DNA of 63,650 nt, counting the filler, from Malassezia furfur (Eukaryota), in the NCBI GenBank assembly GCA_052055015.1. It is 13 parts of 13 records of this genome, joined end to end, with 100 filler letters (N's around TTAATTAATTAA, not from the genome) between each part and the next. Parts side by side here need not be neighbours in the genome. Positions count along the whole stretch, not along the records: positions 9,955 to 14,825 come from JBQJIT010000645.1; positions 14,926 to 19,774 come from JBQJIT010000646.1; positions 19,875 to 24,718 come from JBQJIT010000647.1; 10 more parts are not named here. One strand, given 5' to 3'. A program made the position numbers and the translations under genes. Of the stretch, positions 10,635 through 20,686 are shown piece after piece; the stretch's first letter is position 1, and each line of letters begins with the position of its first letter. The notes under the pieces were generated by a model. The model did not search any database, was not told the DNA's origin, and saw only the letters and a program-made list of their open reading frames with translations.

Positions 10635-11386
10635 CTATCCGCGGAAAATCCACGTCTGGTCCGCGGTGACGAGCGCATCGAGCGGCACGTCCGTCTCGCC
10701 CGTCGGCACGGGCTCGGCGCTGATCTGCTCACGGAGCGCGACCGCGACTGGGTCAGCCGTGCACGTACCGATGTAGGGGACGCGCGCCTTGCGCTCCTGA
10801 GCGAATGCGTGCGCACGGCGGATGTAGCGGTCGTAGTACCCCTTGCCATGCCCGAGCCGACCGCCGTTCGTGTCGAACAGCATGCCCGGCACGATAATCA
10901 GGTCGAGACCGGCGCCGCCCGTGAGGAGCGCTGCATGAGTTAGGTGCGCACGTACCGTCTTCGCGCGCGGCGCCTTCGCGCAGCGGCGGGGGCTCGGCAA
11001 TGCCCCACTTGTTCGCCGTGAGGCCGTTGTCGAGTTCGTGGACGTCGTGCACGCGGAGCATCTGCATGTCTGTGGTGAACTTGTGGTCTTCCGACGCGCG
11101 TGCGCCCGCGCTCAGCGTCGAGAAGCGCGGCACGTACAGGCGCTTGCCGAGCGTGAGCGCGGCGCGGCTCAGGGCCCACGTGTCGAGTTCGCCGGAGGGC
11201 ATGCTGAGATAGATGCTGACGTTGTGCGCGTGCTGGAAGGCCGGGAGGCGCTGCACGGCCTCGCACACGGCGTGTGCTGTGTCAAGTGTGCGGCGTACCC
11301 TGCTCGTCCAGCGAGGCGCGCGGCACGCGCGCGAGCACCGCCGCGGCGTGCTTCCGGCACGCCGTCTTCGCGGCCGCCAGCGACAT
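10635..11386 (-). CDS. FAU1: 5-formyltetrahydrofolate cyclo-ligase
   Basis: SIYLSMPSGELDT, NKWGIAEP, LDLIIVPG, RLGHGKGYYDRY; introns 11277-11298 (22 nt), 10931-10955 (25), 10748-10768 (21). Confidence 0.93.
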
Positions 11387-11462
11387 GGTGCGTGTGCTTC
11401 ACGTGACTCGGGCTTGGGACGAGGCCTTCATGGACGTTGTGGGCCGCGGAGCGCACGGCACG

Positions 11463-14108
11463 ATGCGTGTGCGGCAGACGCACACGCCGGACATTGAGGC
11501 GCGCGTGCCCGAAGCGGGCGGCGTGTCGAGTGCGGAGCGCGAGAAACTGCTCGCGCAGGGCGGCGCGGCGGGCGGTGCGGAGCGCGAAGTTCCGCCGCGG
11601 CCGCTGCCCGGCATCCAGCGCGGCGAGTACTTTGCGCTGGGCATCGTGCTATTCGTGGCGTTGTTTGTGCGCTTCTGGCGGCTCGACCGGCCGAGCAGTG
11701 TGGTGTTTGACGAGGTGCACTTTGGCGGGTTCGCGGCCAAGTACATCCGCCGCACCTTCTTTATGGATGTGCACCCCCCGCTGGCGAAGCTGTTCATCAC
11801 GCTGGCGGCCTGGCTGCACGGCTTTGGGGGCGACTTTGACTTTAACGAGATCGGGCGCGAGTACCTTGTGACGCCCGACTCGGAGCCGGTGCCGTACGTC
11901 GCGATGCGCATGGTCGGTGCGACGTTTGGCTTTCTGACGATTCCGCTGGCCTACTTCACGCTGCGTGGGCTGCACCTGCGCCCCGCGAGCGCGCTGCTGG
12001 GCACGGTGCTGGTCACGTTTGAGAATGCGCTGGTCACGCAGTCGCGGCTCATCCTGCTGGACGCGCCGCTGGTCTTCTTCGTAGCGGCGGCGCTGTGTGC
12101 GTGGGTGCACTTTAGCAACGTCGACGCGCATGCGCCGTTCACGCGGGTGTGGTGGGCGCTGCTCGCGGCGACGGGCGCGGCGCTCGGCGCGGTGGTGTCG
12201 TGCAAGTGGGTCGGCCTGTTCACCATCGCGGCCATCGGCGTGGCGGTGGTGGTGCAGCTGTGGTACCACCTGGGCAACGTGCGGATCCCCGTGCGCACGG
12301 TCGGCGCGCACGTCGTGGCGCGCGCCGTGTGCCTGCTGGGTATCCCCGTGGTGATCTACACGCTGACGTTTGCGGTGCACTTTGCGGTGCTGTCGCGCGC
12401 GGGCAGCGGCGACACCTTCATGTCGTGGCCCTTCCGGCACACGCTCCAGGGGCACAAGACGCCCGACACGCTCGCGGACGTGGCGCTCGGCTCGCGCGTG
12501 CGCATCCAGCACTACAACACGGTCGGCGGCTACCTGCACTCGCACCCCCACGCGCTGCAGACGGGCAGCAAGCAGCAGCAGGTGACGCTGTACCCCTTCT
12601 TCGACGACAACAACGAGTGGATCGTGCTCAAGGCGCCGCGCGACAACGAGTTCGCAAAGGACGCCAACGGCCACGCGGTCGCGCCGGACGACGAGGTGTC
12701 GCGCTTCGAGCACAACGTGACGCACCTCGCCGACGGCATGCGCATCCGCCTGATGCACGAGCAGACGCGCGTGCGACTCCACTCGCACAGCAACCATCGC
12801 CCGCCGGTGAGCGAGAGCGACTACCAGAACGAGGTGAGCGGGTACGGCTTCCCCGACATCCAGTTCGGCGGCGACGTCAACGACGACTGGTTCGTCGAGA
12901 TCGAGCGCCAGGAGCACCATGTGCCGTCGCGCGCGAGCGACCGCGTCGTGGCGCTGCGCACCGTCTTCCGCCTGCGGCACGCGCAGCTCGGGTGCTACCT
13001 GTACTCGCACGAGGTGGCGCTCCCCGACTGGGCCTTTGGGCAGCAGGAGGTGACGTGCAACGGCAGCCCGACGCTGCCCAACTCGCTGTGGTACATCGAG
13101 ACCAACACCCACCCGGTGCTCGAGCAGGACCCCAAGGCGTGGCGCGTCAACTACGTGCTGCCCACCTTCTGGCAGAAGCTCATCGAGCTCAACACGGCCA
13201 TGTGGAACGTCAACAAGCGCCTCACCGACCACCACGTGTACGAGTCGCGCCCGAGCCAGTGGCCGCTCCTGCGCCGCGGCATCAACTTCTGGACGAAGCA
13301 CCACCGCCAGGTGTACCTGTTCGGCAACCCGCTCATCTGGGCGCTCGGCACGCTCTCGGTCGCGCTGTACGTGGCCGTGCGCGTGCTGCTCGTGCTCCGC
13401 GCGCAGCGCGGCTACCGCGACTTTGCGAACTCGACCGTGGTGTTCTACGACCGCACGTGCGGTCTGCTCGCGCTGATGTGGGCGATGCACTACCTGCCGT
13501 TCTGGGCCATGTCGCGCCAGCTGTTCCTGCACCACTACCTGCCCGCGCTCTACATCTCGATCCTGCTCAGCGCCGCCCTGTTCGACCTGGCGACCGGGCG
13601 CCTGCGCCCGCGCGTGCGGCTGCAGGCGGCGCTCCTCGTCGCGGTGCTCGCCGCGCTCGTGTTCTGGCGCTACTCGCCGATCGTGTACGCGTCGCGCTGG
13701 ACGGGCGAGCAGTGCCAGCGCTCGATCTACGTCAAGACGTGGGACTTCAACTGCGTCGACTTCCCGGACGACCCGCACGAGTACGACCGGTACGACTCGG
13801 TGGTGCAGAACCCGAACGCGTCCGCACACGCGCACCCGTGGCTCAGCAAGGGCGCCGACATGCTGCACCGCATCGCGTTCCCCGCGCCGAACGCCGCGCA
13901 GTCGAAGCCCGCGACCGCCAGCGGGCACCGCGCGTTCGACCTGGACGCAAGCGCGTCGGCGAATGCGACGACGAGCCCCGCGTACGTGCCCAACATGTCG
14001 GGCCTCGACCAGGCGCAGCGGCAGCAGGCCATGCTCCAGGGCACGCAGTCTGCCGTGCCGAACCGCGCGCCGGACGCGAGCTCGAGCCGCAAGCCCGGCG
14101 AGGCATAG
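11463..14108 (+). CDS. PMT1: Dolichyl-phosphate-mannose protein O-mannosyltransferase, PMT1 subfamily
   Basis: VVFDEVHFGGFA, DVHPPLAK, MIR domains (YLHSHPH, QQQVTLYP), LFLHHYLPAL; start may instead be ATG 11430; the ORF-track start 11274 overlaps FAU1 and is unlikely. Confidence 0.93.
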   Translation: MRVRQTHTPDIEARVPEAGGVSSAEREKLLAQGGAAGGAEREVPPRPLPGIQRGEYFALGIVLFVALFVRFWRLDRPSSVVFDEVHFGGFAAKYIRRTFFMDVHPPLAKLFITLAAWLHGFGGDFDFNEIGREYLVTPDSEPVPYVAMRMVGATFGFLTIPLAYFTLRGLHLRPASALLGTVLVTFENALVTQSRLILLDAPLVFFVAAALCAWVHFSNVDAHAPFTRVWWALLAATGAALGAVVSCKWVGLFTIAAIGVAVVVQLWYHLGNVRIPVRTVGAHVVARAVCLLGIPVVIYTLTFAVHFAVLSRAGSGDTFMSWPFRHTLQGHKTPDTLADVALGSRVRIQHYNTVGGYLHSHPHALQTGSKQQQVTLYPFFDDNNEWIVLKAPRDNEFAKDANGHAVAPDDEVSRFEHNVTHLADGMRIRLMHEQTRVRLHSHSNHRPPVSESDYQNEVSGYGFPDIQFGGDVNDDWFVEIERQEHHVPSRASDRVVALRTVFRLRHAQLGCYLYSHEVALPDWAFGQQEVTCNGSPTLPNSLWYIETNTHPVLEQDPKAWRVNYVLPTFWQKLIELNTAMWNVNKRLTDHHVYESRPSQWPLLRRGINFWTKHHRQVYLFGNPLIWALGTLSVALYVAVRVLLVLRAQRGYRDFANSTVVFYDRTCGLLALMWAMHYLPFWAMSRQLFLHHYLPALYISILLSAALFDLATGRLRPRVRLQAALLVAVLAALVFWRYSPIVYASRWTGEQCQRSIYVKTWDFNCVDFPDDPHEYDRYDSVVQNPNASAHAHPWLSKGADMLHRIAFPAPNAAQSKPATASGHRAFDLDASASANATTSPAYVPNMSGLDQAQRQQAMLQGTQSAVPNRAPDASSSRKPGEA

Positions 14109-14166
14109 CCGCCATAGAGCACCCCCCGGACCTGAGACACTAGTGGAGGAAGAAATTGCGCCAATT

Positions 14167-14825
14167 CTACTGTACATCCCCCGCGCGGTACGCCGCGGCG
14201 CGCCGCAGCGCCCACGACACGTTTTCGTACGCGACAAACGTCACGCACGTCCCCGGCAGGATGCGGATGGCGTTCGTCGCGAACCCGCGGTAGAAGCCAC
14301 GCATGCCCTCGTTCCGCATCGTGCGCTGCACACACACCCACACACTGGGGTACAGGTGCGCGGCCGCATGCGCCTGCACGCGCGAGCGCACCACCTGGTA
14401 GGGGTACGTGAGCGTGATGGCAAAGAGCTTGGCGACGCCGGACAGCACCGTGTACTCGGTGTTGCTCAGGCGCACGTCGTCCAGCTGGCGCTCGGAAAAC
14501 TGGCCGTCCGGCCGCTCGCGGCGCAGGCGGCGCATGCCGCGCCACTGTTTCAGCTGCTCGTACGCCATAAACTGGATCGCGCCGTTCGACACGCCGAGCA
14601 CCGCGAGGCCCACACCCTTGTACAGGCCACGCACGCCCTCGTGCCGCGCCGTCTGCACGAGGCCGTCCCATAGGCTGCGGTACGCCACCGGCGTCTCGCC
14701 CGGGCGCCCGACCATGCTCGGCGTGCCCGCGAGCGCGGGCACGCTCGTTGCGCTGCGTGTCCCCGCGGCGCTCGGCGGGTGCGGCGTGGGGCGCCGCTGC
14801 GTGGTGAACATGCGCGTCTTGACGA
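14167..14825 (-). CDS. FLX1: Mitochondrial FAD/folate carrier (SLC25A32/Flx1), C-terminal part
   Basis: GLYKG, GVSNGAIQFMAYEQLK, LSNTEY, TYPYQVVRSR, PGTCVTFVAYEN. Confidence 0.88.
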
Positions 14826-14925
14826 NNNNNNNNNNNNNNNNNNNNNNNNNNNNNNNNNNNNNNNNNNNNTTAATTAATTAANNNNNNNNNNNNNNNNNNN
14901 NNNNNNNNNNNNNNNNNNNNNNNNN
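14826..14925. other. Artificial contig spacer
   Basis: N44-TTAATTAATTAA-N44. Confidence 0.99.
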
Positions 14926-16283
14926 CAAGCGCCGCGGCGAGCGCCGCGCCCGCGCCCGATGCGCACGCGCAGGCACGCAAGCTGCTGCGCTGGCACTACC
15001 TGGAGCCGAGTGCGCGCGTGGAGCTCGAGTCGTTCCTCGCGAGTGCGCCGAGCACCGCAGCGCCGCCCGCCTGGCTGGCGTCGGAGCTTGCGCGCGCGCG
15101 CGCGTACCGCACGGCGCGCAGCCGTGGCTGGCTTCCGAGCGACGCGGACCTGAAGCGCGTGGGCTACGATACGCTCGATGCGTTCCTCGACCGGGAGCTC
15201 GCGACGCTGCGCACTTCGCTCGAGGCCGGCGACGTCGGTCGGTGCACGCTCGAGGAGCTCGAGTCGATGGATATCCAAGAGCAGGCGGACCTGCTCCTGC
15301 TCCCCGTGTGGCAGCAGATGCCCGCCGAGGCGCGCGATGCAGCGCTGCTGCGTGCCGCGTTCGACAGCGTGCGCAAGCTCGGCTGGCGCGCGGGCTTCTC
15401 GGCGGGCTACCCTGGCTCGCCCGTGGCTTCGCAGCCGCGCGCGCGCGCCGACTCGGCGGCGTGGCGGCGGCTGCAGGAGGACGAGGCGGCGCGTGCGTGG
15501 GAGGCCTGGCAGGCGCTCACGCCTGAGCAGCGCCGCGCCGAGTGGGACACGGCGTGGCAGCAGCGCGACCGGTCGATGGTGTACGTGGACGATGCGCCGA
15601 CGACGCGCGTGCTGGGCAGCGTGGCGCCCCGCTGGTACACCGAGCCACAGCGCGCCGGGCAGCTGCAGTTCCTGCCCAACTTCCCCGTGCGCCTCGTGCG
15701 CAACTACACGCCCGCGGGCCAGGCCTACGACCCGTGGAAGGCGACGTTCCGTGTGCCGCTCAACGTGCACAAGCACACGCTGCGCTCCTTCCTGCTCGCT
15801 GTGTACGGTCTGCGCACGACGTGGGCGCGCTCGATGGTGTACCGCTCGCGCGTGGTGTTCAACGTGCAAAAGATGCGCCGGACGTACGGCCGCGACCGCA
15901 CCTTCAAGAAGGTCGAGGTGGGTCTGCTCGAGCCGTTTGTGTTCCCCGGCCTCTCGAAGGAGTTCCTGCGCACGCACCTCTTCTCGCAAGAGATGATGTA
16001 CGAGGAGCGCCGCATGATGCTCAAGATGACCAAGGGCCGCCGCTGGCGCGCGAGCAAGAGCATCCGCGGCCTGTCGGATGCGATCGACCGCAACTACGCC
16101 TACCAGAACGCCGGTGCGCCCGACACGCAGCCGGGCACCAAGCCCACCGCGCAGCTGCTCACGCGCTCGGGCTCGATCCCGACCGCGCGCCACGGCAACA
16201 TCCTCGCGGTGCTGGCCGAGCGCCGCAAGGAGCGCCTGGCGCGGGTGCAGCAGTATATCGACGAGCAAAAGAACAAGGCATAG
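14926..16283 (+). CDS. MRP20: Mitochondrial ribosomal protein uL23m with long N-terminal extension (5' truncated)
   Basis: FLPNFPVRLVRNYTP..YDPWKATFRVPLNVHKHTLRSFLLAVYGL...TFKKVEVGLLEPFVFP resembles fungal mito L23; frame open back to contig edge. Confidence 0.8.
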
Positions 16284-16285
16284 GG

Positions 16286-17266
16286 CTATAGAAATCCGCG
16301 CAGGCCTAGGATATTTCGAACGTCGGACGCGTACCGTAGCCCGTCGAGGATCGGGAGCAAGTCGAGCAGCGCGACGTCGTTGGGGTCGTGCGTCCAGCCC
16401 TCGACGGGGATGCCGTTCGCCTCCTGCAGCACGTAGCTGATCGGCGAGTTGTCGACGAGGCACACGCGCCGCAGGTCCGCATCCACCACAGTCAGGTCCT
16501 TCAGGTAGGAGCCGTCGCGCAGCGTGCACGACTCGCGGAACAGCCGCCCGCTGATCAGGCCCTGCCCGCCATCGAGCCAGTCGATCACGGGGTCCGCGTA
16601 CTCCTGCATCGAGGCGGTGAAGATCACCACCTGGTACCACGACGCGACCTTCCGGAGGAAGTAGTCGACCCATGGCCGCTTGTACACCTGATAATATACA
16701 CTCCGCCCATCAATCGACACCTCGATCACCGTCGGCTGCAGCCGCGCGTGCGCCGACGTCGCGAGCGGAGCCGTAGTAGACCGTGTGCCGGTGCCGAGGC
16801 CCAGGAAACTCAGCAGGCGGCTCGCGCTGCGGGAGCCGACCGCCTCGGGGCTGGTGAGACTTGTGCCGTACGCGGCCCTGCCGCCCAGCACGCCCCAGCG
16901 CCCGCCCGAGCGCAGCTTGGAGTGGATCAGCGTTTCGTCCAGATCGAGCACCAGCACCTTGGGTGTCTGCTGGATCACGCTGGATGGGCCGCGTGGCACG
17001 GTGGCGGGCGCCTTGCCACCCGCCTTTTCGTCCTGGCCCTTGTTGTGTGCCGTGCGGCCCGACGAGGCCGACGCAGAAGACGCGGAAGACGACGCGGGGC
17101 GAGCGTCGTCGGCCGTGGGGGTATCCTGTTGTTGGGGCCGTCGCCGCTGGTGCACGAGCGCCTCGAGCGACGGCAGATGCGCAGTCGCGCGCGATGCGGC
17201 CTGCGTGTCCTCGTCGGGTGCGCCGGCGCCCGCTGCGGGCGCCGCTTCCCCCGGGTCCGGCGGCAT
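16286..17266 (-). CDS. NEM1: Nem1/Dullard-like HAD (FCP1-family) phosphatase
   Basis: LVLDLDETLIHS, VYKRPWVDYFLRKV, FTASMQEYADPVIDWLD, VDNSPISY, DVRNILGLR. Confidence 0.85.
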   Translation of the reverse strand: MPPDPGEAAPAAGAGAPDEDTQAASRATAHLPSLEALVHQRRRPQQQDTPTADDARPASSSASSASASSGRTAHNKGQDEKAGGKAPATVPRGPSSVIQQTPKVLVLDLDETLIHSKLRSGGRWGVLGGRAAYGTSLTSPEAVGSRSASRLLSFLGLGTGTRSTTAPLATSAHARLQPTVIEVSIDGRSVYYQVYKRPWVDYFLRKVASWYQVVIFTASMQEYADPVIDWLDGGQGLISGRLFRESCTLRDGSYLKDLTVVDADLRRVCLVDNSPISYVLQEANGIPVEGWTHDPNDVALLDLLPILDGLRYASDVRNILGLRGFL

Positions 17267-17341
17267 CGTTCACGCACCTGGGAGGGGGGCCCGTGGTGGT
17301 TGGGGAAGTATGCAGTGGAGGGCAACCAACACACCACGAAG

Positions 17342-19185
17342 ATGGCGACGCGCCCCACGTCGTCCACGGGGCAGTCGTACCCCGCGGTGCTGGGCTACCA
17401 GATCGTCCAGCTGCTCGGCGGCGGCGGCTTCTCGCGGTACGTGCGCCCGCTCACCCCAGCGTGTTCCGCGCAGTGAATCCTCAGTCTGCCGAGCACCCCC
17501 AGGCCGCGGTCAAGGTCGTGTCGTACGCCTCGACGACGCACCGCCAGCCGGTCGACCGCCGCGCGCTCCAGAAGGAGGTGCAGATCCACAGCATCTTGAA
17601 GCACCGCAATGTGCTCGAGTTCCTCGGCAGCGTCGAGTACACCGCGTCGTCCGCCGCGCCGAGCAACTACGTGCGGGGCCTCTACATCCTGCTCGAGCTC
17701 GGCGCGGGCGGCGACCTGTTTGACAAGATTGGTACGTGACGGGCTCACAAGGCAGCGCCTGATGTCGGCGTCGACGAGGACCTCGCTCATTTCTACTTCA
17801 CCCAGCTCGTCTCCGGCCTCGTACGTCGCGCGCTCTGACCCAGACCTACATTCATACCCAGGGCGTGACCCACCGCGACATCAAGCCGGAGAACATGCTC
17901 CTCGACGCGCAGGGCAACCTCAAGATCGCCGATTTTGGGCTGTGCAGCGTGTACAAATACAAGGGCAAGGAACGCACCCTGCACGGCACCTGCGGCTCCC
18001 TGCCGTACATTGCGCCCGAGATGAATGGGCAGCCCTACCACGGTGAGCCCGTGGACGTATGGAGCTCGGGCGTGGTGCTCTTTGCGCTGCTCGTGGGCAG
18101 TACGTCGACCCACTCACACAGACACGCCGTGGGACGAGCCGACGAGCCGGAGCCCAGAGTACCGCGCGTACCTCTCTGGCGAGCTGCTGCGCCTGGACCC
18201 GTGGACGCGGATCGGCGGCGACGCACTGTGTACGTCGCTTGCTTCGCTAACCCAGCGCTGCTCCGCCGCATGATGCACCCCGACCCCAAGCGGCGCTCGT
18301 CGCTCGAGCAGATCCAGCGGCACCGCTGGTTCACGCGGCCCAATGCGCTGCTCACATCGGGCAAGTGCAACGACCCCGTGTCGCTTGCCGAGCGCCTCTT
18401 GCAGGGCCTCATTGTCTCTGGCGACGTGCAACTTGCGCTGCACAGTGACGGCCAACGCGCGCCGGTCCCGGAAAAGTACGTCGCCCGCTCACACAGCGTG
18501 TCGCTCTCGCAGCCGGAAGCGATGCAGTCGCGCTCGCTGGGCCTTGGGCGCGACGACGCGATGCCGTCGTCGACCGCGCAGCCGGCGCTGCACCCCCGCC
18601 GCGGCCTCGCCGCGTCGCAGTTCGCGCGGCCGTCGGCGACGCAGCTAGAGGACCACGCCGCAGAGTTTACCCAGGCACTGGGCTACTTGGTACGTGGCCT
18701 TCCTGACCCAGACGCAGTCGAGCGCTGTGCCGTACGGCACCGCCATGGCCGTGCACCTCACGCGCTTCTACTCGGGCGACGAGCCGCCGCACGTCGCTAC
18801 GGCGCTCACTGCGGCGCTGGAGCGGCAAAAGGCGCAGTTCAGTGTGGAGCCGTTGGGGCAGGACACGGAGCTGCAGGAGGCATACGAGGACATGGAGCTC
18901 GGTACGGACGGCGAGACGCGGCCATCGCAGCCGCTCGCGGGCGCGCGCGGCGTGCGCATCCGCCTCGGACTCGTCGACCGGCGCAAGTGTGCGCTCAAGG
19001 GCGAGATTCGCATCGAGCGCCTCGCCGAGCTGCCCCCCGAGCTGGCGCATGCGGCCAAGGGCACCGCGCCGAGCTTCGTGTTGATGCGCCGCAGCAAGGG
19101 CAACCCGCTCGAGTGGCGCCGTCTATTCCGCAATGTGTGTGCGGACGCGGGCGTGCGTGAGCTGATCGCGCGCCCGGCTACATAG
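17342..19185 (+). CDS. CHK1: Checkpoint kinase Chk1
   Basis: GGGGFS, GGDLFDKIAPDVGV, HRDIKPEN, DFG, GNTPWDEP, C-terminal LTRFY and KGNPLEWRRLF; introns 17437-17459, 17732-17755, 17821-17843, 18100-18121, 18230-18255, 18476-18496, 18690-18711. Confidence 0.93.
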
Positions 19186-19189
19186 CTAC

Positions 19190-19725
19190 CTACCCCGATA
19201 CATCCCACCGCGTCTCGGGGTTTGCCAGGAACGCGTCGTATGCCTCGCGGTTGAACAGCGAGAGCTCCGTCTCGTTTTCTGCATGAGTGTGCACCACATA
19301 CCGATGCCCAGCTCCGCGAGCGGCGGGCCGTTTTCGTCGTTTTGCAGGATCCACTCGGGGTGGTCCAGGTTGATGATGAGGTTGGTCGTCTTGGCGCCGT
19401 GGGCGCGCGTGTACAGCTTGAGGGTGTCTGGGTCAGCGGCGCACGTACCAAGCTTGTCCGCGACACTGCGGTACGCCTTGAACGCCGGCTGCGTGCGCAC
19501 CGTCTCGACACACCGCGTGCGCAACTGCGCGGCATTGGTTTGCGTCAGGTCGACGTGCAGGACGAGCGGCTTCATCGTACGGTACTCAAAGCTCTTGATC
19601 ACGCGCACCGTGATCACGGCATCGGTGAGCGGACGCGCGCGATTCGTCTCGGTGTTGTCTAAGAACTCTGCCTGCGGCGCAAACGCGTGCGGCACAAACC
19701 CCTCGGTGCGCACCGCGTCGCTCAT
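19190..19725 (-). CDS. AIM29: UPF0538/DUF2340 family protein (Aim29/C2orf76-like)
   Basis: ITVRVIKSFEYR, DTLKLYTRAHGAKTTNLIINLD, GIENETELSLFN; introns 19428-19448 (21 nt), 19279-19301 (23). Confidence 0.85.
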
Positions 19726-19774
19726 CGTCGTGCCTACAAACCCCGATCGCCCGATGCCGTGCCCATGGCCAAGT

Positions 19775-19874
19775 NNNNNNNNNNNNNNNNNNNNNNNNNN
19801 NNNNNNNNNNNNNNNNNNTTAATTAATTAANNNNNNNNNNNNNNNNNNNNNNNNNNNNNNNNNNNNNNNNNNNN
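19775..19874. other. Artificial contig spacer
   Basis: N44-TTAATTAATTAA-N44. Confidence 0.99.
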
Positions 19875-20651
19875 CAGGAGAAGACGGTCGGCAGCCGCAG
19901 CAAGCTGCTTGCGCAGCGCACCGCCTTCAGCAAGCAGCTCGACGACCTGTTCCAGGCGCGCCGCGACCGTCTCAATGCGTACCATGCCGAGAACGACAAG
20001 TACTACGCCAAGATGACGGCCGAACGCGAGAAGCGCCAAGAGGCCCAGCGCAAGGAGCGCGAGCAGGCCGAGGCCACGCGCCAGGCGCTCGAGGACGAGG
20101 AGATCCGTGAAAACGCGGCGCTCCCCGCCTTTGCCAAGGAGATCGAGGACTGCGACGTGCTCATCCGCTACTTTAGTGGCAGCACCGATACGGCGCCCTC
20201 GGCGGCGGCTGGCGCCAAGGAGACGAACGGCAAGGTGCCCTCGCTGCCCGAGCCGCGCCAGGCGGACGTCAGCGTGCCCGAAGGCGCGGTGATTGCGCCG
20301 CGCAAGGGCGAGGAGGAGAACTACTTTGTGGCGGGCGCTGGCAAGAAGAAGAGCGCCAAGGGCAAGAAGGTCAAGGGCCAGAAGCTCTCGCTGAACGACG
20401 ATGAGGCGGGTGCGCCTGCCGCCTCGGGCTCGCTGCACGTGCCGTTTGGCATGCTCAGTGCGCTGCTGGCGCTCAGCATCCCGCCGCCGCTCAACCAGGC
20501 CGACCTGCCGCGCGTGGTGGACAACGTGAAGCTGAAGCGCGAGTACTTTGTCTCGAACCAGGCGCGCGTCACCAAGGAGAACATTGAGAAGGCCGAGAAG
20601 CTCATCGCCGACCGCCAGACCAAGCGCATGGCCGCTGCGGGCGAGGCGTGA
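19875..20651 (+). CDS. BFR1: Bfr1-like coiled-coil RNA-associated protein, C-terminal part
   Basis: Coiled coil, EIEDCDVLIRYF, YFVAGAGKKK, LSIPPP, YFVSNQARVTKENIEKA. Confidence 0.8.
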   Translation, partial: QEKTVGSRSKLLAQRTAFSKQLDDLFQARRDRLNAYHAENDKYYAKMTAEREKRQEAQRKEREQAEATRQALEDEEIRENAALPAFAKEIEDCDVLIRYFSGSTDTAPSAAAGAKETNGKVPSLPEPRQADVSVPEGAVIAPRKGEEENYFVAGAGKKKSAKGKKVKGQKLSLNDDEAGAPAASGSLHVPFGMLSALLALSIPPPLNQADLPRVVDNVKLKREYFVSNQARVTKENIEKAEKLIADRQTKRMAAAGEA

Positions 20652-20686
20652 TTCGATTTACGTAGTTTCGGTGTGCTACTGTACAA

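Noticed and set aside
17342..19185. Fragmented ORFs (CHK1, UBP6, ERG13, ARO3, APC11, FAU1) as pseudogenes or programmed frameshifts
   Set aside because: Every break coincides with a consensus micro-intron whose removal restores frame and motif
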